A stretch of 21,773 nucleotides of DNA, taken from NCBI GenBank assembly GCA_041497675.1, contig JBGQGY010000058.1, positions 1 through 21,773 of the forward strand. The letters run 5' to 3'. Shown here piece after piece: positions 8,487 through 17,280 of this stretch. Numbering within the stretch: position 1 is the stretch's first letter; each line of letters opens with the position of its first letter. The position numbers and the translations under genes were made by a program. Origin of the DNA: a bacterium (GTDB taxonomy: Bacteria > Sysuimicrobiota > Sysuimicrobiia > Sysuimicrobiales > Humicultoraceae). Under the pieces are notes generated by a model. It was not told where the DNA came from and did not search any database. It saw only the letters and a program-made list of their open reading frames with translations.

Positions 8487-9236
8487 CTATCTGCGCAGTC
8501 CGGTCACGGCAATGAGCAGCACCCACAGGAGCAACAGCGCCAGAAACCCGGCAGACAACAGAAGTGTTTTGATAAGTGATGACCCAAGACCCTGCCGATA
8601 GGCGACCCTGACAGCGACGAACAGATACAGCGGGGCGATCCCCAAAAGGACGCCGTAGTACAGTCGCGGATTGGCGGTCACGACCGCAGGCGTCAGGATC
8701 AGGTAGATAAATGAGAAGAAATGAAATGCGAAGGTCAGATGCTCTGTGTAGTAGACTTTCTGCCGTACGTACAAGAGTTTCATCAGCAGGGCGAAGAGCG
8801 GGATAATACCCAACATCAGCAGGGGGAGATTGTTGGAGATCCTCTCGTTCATTGCCACGACCTGCGCCGCCGTCAGTGTGTGCAGCGGACTCGCCTGGTC
8901 GCCCACGTTTTGCCTAAATGTGTCCACCGTGATGGGGTCGAAGCGCCGGACGAGGAGCCAGAAATAGACGCTCACGAACGCGTAGAGCCGTGACGGTGGG
9001 AGGTAGGCGACCTGCCGGCCGGCAGAAAACTCCCGGGTCAGAAGGCCCGGCCGGAACAGGAGTGGGCGCAAACTTCGTACCGCCTTAGAGTCGAATGTGA
9101 CAAAGTTGCCGAGGATGTCGACCGCCACATCCCACAGCGGAACCACAGGGGGCTGGAACCTCTGCCCGCACTCCGAACAGAACTTCCCGGAGATCGGGTG
9201 GCCGCAGTTGTAGCACTGCGCCGCCTCTGCCGTCAT
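8487..9236 (-). CDS. DUF3667-like membrane protein with N-terminal Zn ribbon
   Basis: CYNCG...GKFCSECGQ, FDSKAVRSLRPLLFRPGLLTREF.AGRQVAYLPPSRLY, YYTEHL.FAFH, several TM helices. This is the real 3' part of the 666-aa ORF-track entry. Confidence 0.85.
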   Translation of the reverse strand: MTAEAAQCYNCGHPISGKFCSECGQRFQPPVVPLWDVAVDILGNFVTFDSKAVRSLRPLLFRPGLLTREFSAGRQVAYLPPSRLYAFVSVYFWLLVRRFDPITVDTFRQNVGDQASPLHTLTAAQVVAMNERISNNLPLLMLGIIPLFALLMKLLYVRQKVYYTEHLTFAFHFFSFIYLILTPAVVTANPRLYYGVLLGIAPLYLFVAVRVAYRQGLGSSLIKTLLLSAGFLALLLLWVLLIAVTGLRR

Positions 9237-9401
9237 CTGCACCGCCGCACCGCCCTCGACAGGACCGCCATTCAGCGGTCGGTGTTTGGCCTCCTCTATC
9301 CGGCAGCCCACCGGAGCCCTCCACGGCAGGACTGACCCCGACAACGGTGAATTGTGCCGCGAATTGAGGTCTTGATCGGTTTCCCCAGAGGAGGATTGTT
9401 G

Positions 9402-10976
9402 ATGGCCGCACGTAAGCGCGGAACGCGATTGACCCGCAGGGAGTTCGTCGTAAGCGCGGCTGCGGCCGTAGCCTCGACCACCGTATTGAGGTATGCGCTC
9501 CCCGCTGCGGGTGCCCCCGCGCCGGCCCCGGCTCAGGCGCCGGTCAAACCCAGCACGGGCGGCGTCCTGCGGACAACGCTGGGCGCGGAGCCCACTACCC
9601 TCGACCCCCACCGCGCGCAGTCGATCTTCGACTACGACGTCAAGGATGCCCTGTTTTCCTCGCTCGTGAGCGATGACTTCATCGAGGGCGCCCGGGGAAC
9701 ATTGGCCGAATCGTGGGAGTCGCCCGACGCCTCCACCTATATCTTCAAGCTCCGCCGCGGCGCGCGGTTCCACGATGGGTCGCCCGTCACAGGCGACAGC
9801 GTAAAGTTTAGTCTCGAGCGCGTGGCCGCGCAGGGACTCGGATTGATCCGGTCCATCCCCGATCAGGTCGCCTCGGTCGACGTGCTCGACCAGCAGACCG
9901 TCCGGTTCAAGCTCAAGGCGCCCAACGCCGCGTTCCTCATCGACCTTGCCGATATGGCGATCGTCCCCAAAGATTTTGACCCGACCCGTCCGGTCGGGGC
10001 CGGCCCGTTCCAGTTCGTCGAATGGGTGCGGCTCAGGCACGTGCGGGTGAAGAAGTTCCCCGGCTATTGGCGTGAGGGGCGTCCGTACCTCGACGAGGTC
10101 GTCTTCATGCCGACACCGGACGAGAATCAGAAGATCGTGCTGCTCGAAACGGGTAACGTTGAGTTTACGGACACCGTTCCCCTCCCCCGGGTCCGCGACG
10201 TCGAGCGAAGCGGGAAGATGAATGTCCTCAGCGTCCCGCCCGGCATATCGGCGTCGAGCTACTACTTGCTCACACGCGCCGACCGTCCGCCGCTGGACAA
10301 CGTCAAGGTCCGGCAGGCGATGAACTTCGCCATCGACCGCAAGGCGCTCATGGAGGTCCTCTTCCAGAAGGGCACGTTGAAGTCCAACATCATCCCGCCA
10401 AAGCACTGGGCGTTCAACCCCGCGTCGGTCTCGTTCAACGATCGCGACGTCACCCGGGCGCGAAAGCTGATGGCCGAAGCCGGGCAAAGCAACGGATTTG
10501 CGCTACAGCTGAAGCACTTTACAAGCCGCGCGGAGTTTGCGCCGCTGGCGCAGGTCATCGCCGCGAACCTGGCCGAGATCAACATCAAGGTCGAGGTGTT
10601 TCCGTTCCAGATCGGCATCTGGCTCAACCAGGTCTTGGTCGAGCGCGACTTTCAGATTGCGCTCTCGGGCATCATCCCGCGCCACGACCCCGACATCATG
10701 CTGGGCGAGCAGTACTCGATTCGGCGGATCAACGGCAAGGCGATGGGTTGGCGGCACGACCTCTTCGAGAAGCAGATCGATCAGGGCCGGGCCGTCGTGA
10801 ACCAGGAGGCCCGCAAGCGTGTGTATTCCCACGCGCAGCTGATCGCCCAGTGGGAATCGGCGGGGTTCGTCCTCAACGAGCGGCCGATCCTCATGGGCGC
10901 GGCGCCGAGCGTCCAGGGCTTCAAACCCGACGTGCGTCAGCTCATACGCTTCGAGGACGTGTGGCTGAAGCGATAG
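9402..10976 (+). CDS. ABC transporter substrate-binding protein, family 5 (DppA/OppA/NikA-like), Tat signal
   Basis: TRREFV twin-arginine signal; GGVLR, EPTTLDP, LAESWE, FKLRRGARFHDG, VGAGPF, YLDEV, VRQAMNFAIDR, ARKLMAEAG. SD GAGGAGG 7 nt before ATG 9402. Confidence 0.93.
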   Translation: MAARKRGTRLTRREFVVSAAAAVASTTVLRYALPAAGAPAPAPAQAPVKPSTGGVLRTTLGAEPTTLDPHRAQSIFDYDVKDALFSSLVSDDFIEGARGTLAESWESPDASTYIFKLRRGARFHDGSPVTGDSVKFSLERVAAQGLGLIRSIPDQVASVDVLDQQTVRFKLKAPNAAFLIDLADMAIVPKDFDPTRPVGAGPFQFVEWVRLRHVRVKKFPGYWREGRPYLDEVVFMPTPDENQKIVLLETGNVEFTDTVPLPRVRDVERSGKMNVLSVPPGISASSYYLLTRADRPPLDNVKVRQAMNFAIDRKALMEVLFQKGTLKSNIIPPKHWAFNPASVSFNDRDVTRARKLMAEAGQSNGFALQLKHFTSRAEFAPLAQVIAANLAEINIKVEVFPFQIGIWLNQVLVERDFQIALSGIIPRHDPDIMLGEQYSIRRINGKAMGWRHDLFEKQIDQGRAVVNQEARKRVYSHAQLIAQWESAGFVLNERPILMGAAPSVQGFKPDVRQLIRFEDVWLKR

Positions 10977-10980
10977 CTCG

Positions 10981-13254
10981 TTGACCAGGACGAACAACCA
11001 CGCCGCCGTCCTCGGCTCGCGCGTTCCCATGATGGATGGGGGCGAACGCGTGCGCGGCAAGGCGCGCTACACCGCTGATATCACGCTGCCCGGTATGCTG
11101 CACGCCCGGCCCGTCCTCAGCCCGCACGCGCACGCCACGATTCTTGCCCTCGACAAGACCGCGGCGCTCGCCGTCACGGGCGTCGTGGCGGTGTTGACGG
11201 CCGATGACCTCGCCGTCACATTCGCAGGTATCACACGCGCCCATATGCTGCTGGCGCAGAAGAGAGTGATCTTCTGCGGTCAACCGGTGGCCGTGGTCGT
11301 CGCAGAGACCGAGGCGGCCGCCGAGGACGGCGCGGCGGCGGTGACCATCGACTATGGGGCCCTGCCCGCGTCAATCAATGTGGAGGCGGCGATCGCGCCG
11401 GGTGCGCCCCTCGTATGGCCGGACGGCGTTCCGAAGACGCTTAATCCAGATGACGCCGCGCACGGGACCGTGACCGCCGAGGTTCACCGCGAAGAGGGCC
11501 GCGCCACGAACGTCACCGGCGAAGTCGACGTCACCCGCGGAGACGTCGCGCAGGGCTTCCACGATGCGGACCTGGTGCTGGAAAATACGTATCGCACACA
11601 GACCGTGCACCAGGGCTATCTGGAACCCAACGCCTCCATTGCCAAGCCCGATCCCCTCACCGGCGAGATGACCGTCTACAGCGCGACGCAGGCGCAGTTT
11701 CTCGTCCGTGACAAGGTCTCGCAGATCTTGAACCTGCCGGTGAGCAAGGTGCGTGTGGTGACGCCAACCGTCGGCGGGGCGTTTGGCGGCAAGTTTGGCA
11801 TCATCGACCCCTTGGTGGCCGCCGTGGCGTGGACGTTGAAGCGCCCGGTCCGGATGGCCCTGACGCGATCCGAGGATTTTCTGCTCACCACCCCGGCCCC
11901 ACAGATGGTGATTCGAATCAAGACCGGCATGACCAAGGGCGGCGTGCTGACGGCGATAGAAGCCGACATTCTACTCGATAGCGGCACCCACCCGACTGCC
12001 CTCGCCGGACTCGCGGCGCAGGTGCTCGCGACCTCCTACAAGGTTCCACACCTGCGTGTACGCGCCACTGGGGTGGTGACCCACAAGCCGGCCGTGGGAT
12101 CGTATCGCGGGCCCGGGGGGCCGCAGGCGACCTTTGCCCTCGAGTCGCAGATCGACGAGATGGCGCGCCGGTTGGGTCTCGACCCGCTGGCAGTTCGTCT
12201 GACGAACGCGGTGGACGAGGGTGACCTGATGACCGACGGCGGGCGGTACCCGGCGATCGGTCTGAAAGCCTGCCTGCAGCGCCTGGCGTCACACCCCACG
12301 TGGACACAGCGTCAGCGAACGCCAGGCGTGGGCTACGGTATCGGGGTCGGTGGCTGGCTCGGTACGATCATGCCGGCCTGCGCGATGTGCGCGATGGACG
12401 GGGACGGCACGCTGACCGTCACGGTCGGCTCGACAGACATGACGGGCGCGCACACGACGATGGCCATGATTGCAGCAGAAGTCTTCAACGTGCCTCCCGA
12501 AAAGGTGCGCATCGTCGCCACCGATACCGGCGCCGCCACATTTGCCGGGCCCAGCGCCGGCAGCATGGTGACGCGCACAGTGGGGGCGGCCGTCCTAGCC
12601 GCCACCCGGGCCGCGCGCAAACAACTCGTCGAGACCGCCGCCTCGATGCTCGAAGCCAACCCCGACGATCTCGTGCTCGAGGACGGCTACGTGATCGTGC
12701 GGGGCGCGCCCGGCAGGCGGCTATCCTTTCAAGAGATCAGCACGCGGACGCGGAGCTACAACTCACCGCATCCGCCTATCGCCGCAGAAGGCACCGTGGC
12801 GCTGCGAGACATCGCGCCGTGTTTTGTCGTCGAGCTGGCGCGCGTGCACGTCGATCCCGACACCGGCCGGGTTCAGGTTCTTGATTGGGTCGTGGTACAG
12901 GACGTGGGGCGCGCGCTCAACCCCCTGCTGATCGAAGGCCAGATTCACGGTGGGGTGACCCAGAGCCAGGGGTTTGCGCTGGGCGAGCAACTCGCGTACG
13001 ACGAACACGGACAGCTGCTTTCGGGGACGTTTGCAGACTACGCGTTGTCGAAGGCCGGGGACGTGCCTTCGATCGCCGTCGAACTCATAGAAGTTCCGGC
13101 CCAAGGCAGTCCCTTTGGGGCGCGGGGCGTCGGTGAGCCCTCGATCATCCCCGGCGTCGCCGCCATCGCCAACGCGGTACGTGACGCGTGCGGCGTGCGT
13201 GTGACCTCGTTGCCTATGACGCCGCAGACGATTTGGAAGAGCCTGACCGGCTAG
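10981..13254 (+). CDS. Xanthine dehydrogenase / CoxL-family molybdopterin-binding large subunit
   Basis: GKARYTADI, SPHAHA, HQGYLEP, GGAFGGK, SYRGPG, AGSM, QDVGRALNP, EGQIHGG, GARGVGEP (catalytic Glu). TTG start 4 nt after the SBP stop. Confidence 0.92.
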   Translation: MTRTNNHAAVLGSRVPMMDGGERVRGKARYTADITLPGMLHARPVLSPHAHATILALDKTAALAVTGVVAVLTADDLAVTFAGITRAHMLLAQKRVIFCGQPVAVVVAETEAAAEDGAAAVTIDYGALPASINVEAAIAPGAPLVWPDGVPKTLNPDDAAHGTVTAEVHREEGRATNVTGEVDVTRGDVAQGFHDADLVLENTYRTQTVHQGYLEPNASIAKPDPLTGEMTVYSATQAQFLVRDKVSQILNLPVSKVRVVTPTVGGAFGGKFGIIDPLVAAVAWTLKRPVRMALTRSEDFLLTTPAPQMVIRIKTGMTKGGVLTAIEADILLDSGTHPTALAGLAAQVLATSYKVPHLRVRATGVVTHKPAVGSYRGPGGPQATFALESQIDEMARRLGLDPLAVRLTNAVDEGDLMTDGGRYPAIGLKACLQRLASHPTWTQRQRTPGVGYGIGVGGWLGTIMPACAMCAMDGDGTLTVTVGSTDMTGAHTTMAMIAAEVFNVPPEKVRIVATDTGAATFAGPSAGSMVTRTVGAAVLAATRAARKQLVETAASMLEANPDDLVLEDGYVIVRGAPGRRLSFQEISTRTRSYNSPHPPIAAEGTVALRDIAPCFVVELARVHVDPDTGRVQVLDWVVVQDVGRALNPLLIEGQIHGGVTQSQGFALGEQLAYDEHGQLLSGTFADYALSKAGDVPSIAVELIEVPAQGSPFGARGVGEPSIIPGVAAIANAVRDACGVRVTSLPMTPQTIWKSLTG

Positions 13255-14443
13255 CGGCGCCCGACATCTCACGCCAGACGCGCCCAACCGCATCGGCGAG
13301 CACGCGCTCCTGACCCGGTTTCAGCGTGACCGGGTTGACGACCAGCACTCCACGATGAATCTGCGCCTCGCCCAGATGGATCGGCATCTCGAGCCTGTGG
13401 AGCCGGCGCACCAACTCCCTGGCCTGGGCCGACCCGCCGGGGCAGCGCAGGAGCACCAGCGGCACGCGGCTGTCAGAATCCGCGGCGTTGACGCGCTCGA
13501 CGGCCAGACCGCTGTCTTTCAATTCGGCCTCGACGTGTTTGGCCATGCCCTCCCACCCGGCGAGATCTCGAGCGTGGTCGCGCCGGACGTACCCGCGCAG
13601 CGCGACCAGCAGCCCGACGATTTCCTCTTTCCCGACTTTCAAGGCGCGGCCGATGCCCTGTTCCGGAGGACCGGCCACTGAGACGTCGGTAGCCAGACCG
13701 GCCGGGGGAGCCCACGTCGCGGCATCGACGTCCATATCCAGCATCTGCAGCGCCGCAGCGGTGATGAGGTCGCGCCGCCCGCATAGGATGCCGCTGGTTT
13801 GAGGACCCATGATGGCCTTCCCGCCACTGAAGGCGACCAGATCCGCGCCGCTGGCAATGAACCGCCGGAGATTGTCCGCCGGTGGAAGCTCTGCGGCGGC
13901 GTCCACGATCACCGGGACCCCCTTTTCGTGCGCGATCTGAATGGTCTCGTCAAGAGAAAGCGGGATGCCTTTGGAGCGCGCCACGATATAGAGGACGGCG
14001 GCCGTCCGATCGGTCAGCGCTGCGCGCAGCTCGTACGCCCGTGTCCCATAGGGCATGCCGATCTCGACCAGCCGCGCACCGGTGGCACGCACCGCATGGT
14101 CGTAGCCGTCGCGATGCCCCTTCTGGATGACCACCTCAGACCGCATGCCCGTCGTGTCAGGGAGTTGGTTCATCTTGTGGGGGTCAAGACCTGTGATGCA
14201 CGCGGCGGCGCCGAGCAGCAATCCGGCGGCCGCACCGGAGGTCACGATGCCCGCCTCCGCGCCGGTGACATCTGCGATGACACGGCTCGCCGCGGCCTGC
14301 AGCGCATCCATCGGCACGTAGTTCTGCGCCGCTTCGCGCATGGCCGAGAGCACCTCGTCGCTCATGAGGCTGCCACCGAGGCGCGTCAGACACCCCGCGG
14401 CGTTCACCACGCGTGGAACACCCAACTCTTCGAGAATCGTCAC
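13214..14443 (-). CDS. SelA-like / DgaE-like PLP-dependent enzyme (fold type I)
   Basis: VVNAAGCLTRLGGS, TGAEAGIVTSGAAAG, VIVDAAAE, GADLVAFSGGKAIMGPQTSG (PLP Lys), IGRALKVGKEEIVG. Lacks the N-terminal tRNA-binding extension of true SelA. GAGGAGG SD before GTG. Confidence 0.88.
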   Translation of the reverse strand: MTILEELGVPRVVNAAGCLTRLGGSLMSDEVLSAMREAAQNYVPMDALQAAASRVIADVTGAEAGIVTSGAAAGLLLGAAACITGLDPHKMNQLPDTTGMRSEVVIQKGHRDGYDHAVRATGARLVEIGMPYGTRAYELRAALTDRTAAVLYIVARSKGIPLSLDETIQIAHEKGVPVIVDAAAELPPADNLRRFIASGADLVAFSGGKAIMGPQTSGILCGRRDLITAAALQMLDMDVDAATWAPPAGLATDVSVAGPPEQGIGRALKVGKEEIVGLLVALRGYVRRDHARDLAGWEGMAKHVEAELKDSGLAVERVNAADSDSRVPLVLLRCPGGSAQARELVRRLHRLEMPIHLGEAQIHRGVLVVNPVTLKPGQERVLADAVGRVWREMSGAASRSGSSKSSAAS

Positions 14444-14458
14444 GAGCGCCTCCTCATG

Positions 14459-15271
14459 TCAGTGCTTGTCCTCAGGGATGACGTCCCGGCGCGCGCGGAA
14501 CTCGCGCACGAACTGGACGAAGTTCTCCACGGCGCGCTCGAAGATCAGCCTGCCCTTCTCAGCCGTGGCCACCGTGGCATCACCGGCCACACCCGTCTTC
14601 GAGATCCCACTCCACCAGATCTCTCCCAAGTGGACACCGGAGCCCGGTATGCCGATGTCCATCCAGATCCGTGGGGTCTGCTCGAACCCCATCTCTCGAT
14701 CCATCCGATCCCTGCGGACGCGCGCCTCGTCGAGATGCAGCACCACCGAGGTTTCGAGTTCGCACGCGTGCGCCATCCCCCCGGGCGTGGGCGCCTCGCG
14801 GAGATCGTCCATCGTGCCGATCAGGGTTCCCCAGAAGAGCGAGGCACACATCGAGCCGGTCCGGTAGTGCAGTTCATTGCCCGCGACGGCCATATAGGGT
14901 GGATTGACGCCGTGTCCGCTTACCACCACGATCCGCGTGAACCCATGGTGCGCGATACTGAGCAGCACATCGAGGAGATACTGGATGATATGGTTCCACT
15001 GGATCGTGATCGCACCGGGAAAGTGCATGTGGTGGGCGTCGAAGGCAAACGGGATGACCGGCAGAACCACGACCTCGTCAGGAATGCGCCGTCCAACCTG
15101 ATAGCAGAGGTGACTCACGATGTAGTTGTCGGTGTTCAGCGGGAGATGCCGGCCGTGCTGCTCCATGGCGCCGATAGGCACGATCACCACCCGACCCTGA
15201 CCCGCAACGTCTTTGAGCTCCTCCCACGTCAGGTTGCCCCAGAGAAACCGTTCCTGCCGCGTGAGATCCAC
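14459..15271 (-). CDS. Creatininase / creatinine amidohydrolase family protein
   Basis: PIGAMEQHGRHLPLNTD, HHMHFPGAIT, SGHGVN, HACELETS, SKTGVAGDATVATAEKG. GGAGG SD before GTG. Confidence 0.92.
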   Translation of the reverse strand: MDLTRQERFLWGNLTWEELKDVAGQGRVVIVPIGAMEQHGRHLPLNTDNYIVSHLCYQVGRRIPDEVVVLPVIPFAFDAHHMHFPGAITIQWNHIIQYLLDVLLSIAHHGFTRIVVVSGHGVNPPYMAVAGNELHYRTGSMCASLFWGTLIGTMDDLREAPTPGGMAHACELETSVVLHLDEARVRRDRMDREMGFEQTPRIWMDIGIPGSGVHLGEIWWSGISKTGVAGDATVATAEKGRLIFERAVENFVQFVREFRARRDVIPEDKH

Positions 15272-15286
15272 CAGCGCCTCCCGCTC

Positions 15287-15487
15287 CTACCCCTTCCGGG
15301 TGGATGAACCATACCGCGGCATCCAGTACTCGCGGTACCACTGCTCGCACTCCGCGCCGCAGAAATCCAACGGCCGGCCGTCGATCTCGACGCGCCAAAT
15401 CCGCCGGGGGATCAACCGCCCGCAGAGGACGCAGTTCGTGACTGTCGTTTCATACCACGCGCGCTGGATTTCGATCCATTCTCCCAT
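15287..15487 (-). CDS. 66-aa four-cysteine TRASH/YHS-like metal-binding protein
   Basis: C19-x2-C22-x20-C43-x3-C47 with a DGRPLDFCGAEC hairpin motif; aromatic-rich, protein-like composition; GGGGAG SD 7 nt before ATG; stop 15 nt before the creatininase start. Confidence 0.78.
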   Translation of the reverse strand: MGEWIEIQRAWYETTVTNCVLCGRLIPRRIWRVEIDGRPLDFCGAECEQWYREYWMPRYGSSTRKG

Positions 15488-17280
15488 GCCTGTCTCCCCT
15501 GCGCCCGCAGCCGGCGATCCCGCAGCCGCTGCGTGGCTTTCGGGTCGGGTCTCAGGTCGCCGTTCGCGCCGGTCAGGACGACGCCATAGACCGCACGGGC
15601 CTGGGCGGCGGAGACGAAACCCTCTCGTACATCCTCGAGAACATGTTCTGGGTCGCGTTCGAGCGGGCCGCCGTATCCTCCACCACCCGGCGTCTGGTAC
15701 CTGATCACGTCGCCGCGCTTGAGTACGACGTTGGTGAATTTTGTCGGTGACATGGTCCCAAAGACGTCAGAGAACGACCGGAACCGAGCCGTCCCTGCGG
15801 GCCGAACCAACAGCTTGGTCCGGCCCCCTTCCATACCGCCGAAGAGTCCCCAGGGAGCCAGCCGCACGCGGTCAAAGAGCGCGCTCACGGTGATCTCCGG
15901 GGCCGTCACCTCAAGGGTGCGTACGATGCCCAGCCCGCCCCGCTGCCTCCCCGGACCGCCCGAGTCCCGGACGAGCCCATAGTCCCACGTCAAGAACGGA
16001 TAGCGAGTTTCAAACACTTCGACGGGCGTATTTCGACAGTTGCTGTGACGGGTGATTTCGCCGCTGTTGCCGTCCTTCCTCGCCGTGGCGCCCGTCCCCA
16101 TGCCGTCAAAATGGTAATGGCTGTAGTATTGACCTGTCGCAGGATGGGTCCCGCCGAACAACAGATTGCTGCTCGACCCGCCGCTGGCCGCGGCCACCCG
16201 ATCCGGGACCGCCTGCGCGAGCGCCGCCAGGAGCAGATCGATGATCTTCGGCTGCGTGTCGGTGTTGCCCCCGACGCACGGCCCCGGGTGCTGCACGTTG
16301 ACCACCGAGCCCGGTGGGGCAATGATCCGGATGGGTCGATAGCAGCCCGAGTTGCGGGGAATCAGGCTGCGGGGGTCCACCACCGAGAAGACGGCATTGT
16401 ACACGGCGGCAGCAACGACCGTGAACGTGCAGTTCATCGGGCCGCGGACCTGGGGGCTGCTGCCGGTGAAATCGAACAGGATCTCATCGCCGCGCACGAC
16501 GACGGTCACGCGGATCTTGAACGGGTCGCGCGTCACCCCGTCGTCCTCGATCCACATCTCCGAGGCATATTCGCCGTCGGGCAACTCGTCGATGTGCGTC
16601 CGCATCAGCCGCTCCGAGTGATCGAGCAACGCCCGGCTGCCCTCGCGGATGAACACGGCGCCGTGCTTGTGCGCCAGAGCGACCAGCCGCCGCTCCCCCA
16701 CATTGAGAGAGCCGATCATGGCGTGAAAATCCCCCCACGTATTGCGCGGCGTACGGTGATTGGTCAAGATAATGCGCCAGATATCCTCGACGTACTCGCC
16801 GCGGCTGATGAGCTTAACAGGGGGAAGACGCAGGCCCTCTTGATAGACGTCGGTGGCATCCGACGCGAAGCTGCCCGGCGCCTTGCCGCCAATCTCGGCG
16901 CAGTGACCCATGTTCCCGAGAAAGCCAAAGAGCGCGTCCTCAAGAAACACGGGTTTGATCATCATGTGCTCGGGGAGGTGACACCCACCGCGATAGCAGT
17001 CGTTATGCACGAGCACATCCCCTGGCGCGAACGCCTTTGCCCCCAACTCCTCGACCGCCCACTTCACCGTATGGGGGATAGCGCCCATCATCGAGGGCGT
17101 ATAATTCTTCTCGGCGATCAGCTCACCGTCCGCGTCAAGGATGACCGTCGAGAAGTCTAACCCCTCGTTGAAAATCGTCGAATACGACGTCTTCATCATC
17201 ACGAGCGCCATCTCAGCGGCGACGTTGATCAACGCGTTGTGCAGGACGTGGAGGGAGACGAGATCAGGCGCTACCGGCAT
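15412..17280 (-). CDS. Hydantoinase B / 5-oxoprolinase family subunit (metal-binding, HyuB-like)
   Basis: SYSTIFNEGLDFS, NDCYRGGCHLPE, GHCAEIGG, YQEGLRLPP, DFTGSSPQ, NTPVEVFE, DSGGPGRQRGG, TPGGGGYG. GGAGG SD; 17-nt overlap with the upstream A subunit. Confidence 0.93.
   Translation of the reverse strand: MPVAPDLVSLHVLHNALINVAAEMALVMMKTSYSTIFNEGLDFSTVILDADGELIAEKNYTPSMMGAIPHTVKWAVEELGAKAFAPGDVLVHNDCYRGGCHLPEHMMIKPVFLEDALFGFLGNMGHCAEIGGKAPGSFASDATDVYQEGLRLPPVKLISRGEYVEDIWRIILTNHRTPRNTWGDFHAMIGSLNVGERRLVALAHKHGAVFIREGSRALLDHSERLMRTHIDELPDGEYASEMWIEDDGVTRDPFKIRVTVVVRGDEILFDFTGSSPQVRGPMNCTFTVVAAAVYNAVFSVVDPRSLIPRNSGCYRPIRIIAPPGSVVNVQHPGPCVGGNTDTQPKIIDLLLAALAQAVPDRVAAASGGSSSNLLFGGTHPATGQYYSHYHFDGMGTGATARKDGNSGEITRHSNCRNTPVEVFETRYPFLTWDYGLVRDSGGPGRQRGGLGIVRTLEVTAPEITVSALFDRVRLAPWGLFGGMEGGRTKLLVRPAGTARFRSFSDVFGTMSPTKFTNVVLKRGDVIRYQTPGGGGYGGPLERDPEHVLEDVREGFVSAAQARAVYGVVLTGANGDLRPDPKATQRLRDRRLRAQGRQAWENGSKSSARGMKRQSRTASSAGG

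Noticed and set aside
9237..9401. Riboswitch (SAM-I or Moco-like) upstream of the SBP gene; short ORF MAVLSRAVRRCR overlapping the DUF3667 start
   Set aside because: Only fragmentary resemblance and short hairpins (e.g. GACCGC/GCGGTC) with no full consensus fold; the nearest SD is 18 nt from the short ORF's ATG. An Rfam/Infernal scan would settle the riboswitch question.
9237..10487. 666-aa minus-strand ORF 8487..10487 as one long protein overlapping the SBP gene
   Set aside because: The upstream ~416 codons are mostly the antisense shadow of the SBP gene plus intergenic DNA; recognisable DUF3667 sequence starts only at ATG 9236.
10981..13254. Aerobic CO dehydrogenase CoxL
   Set aside because: Lacks the AYxCSFR Cu-binding loop (has SYRGPG) and has no coxM/coxS or accessory genes adjacent.
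13214..14443. True selenocysteine synthase SelA or a selenoprotein system
   Set aside because: No N-terminal tRNA-binding domain, no selB/selC/selD nearby, and no in-frame UGA candidates seen; matches the SelA-like/DgaE group.
13799..15307. 502-aa plus-strand ORF and other long antisense ORFs (3223..4269, 16045..17160, 17909..18787, 20770..21441)
   Set aside because: They lie opposite well-supported genes, carry no motifs and are the expected stop-poor shadows in high-GC DNA.
14459..15487. Mycofactocin-like RiPP cluster (MftE-like creatininase plus small peptide)
   Set aside because: No radical SAM enzyme or RRE protein; the small ORF looks like a folded four-Cys domain rather than a precursor peptide.
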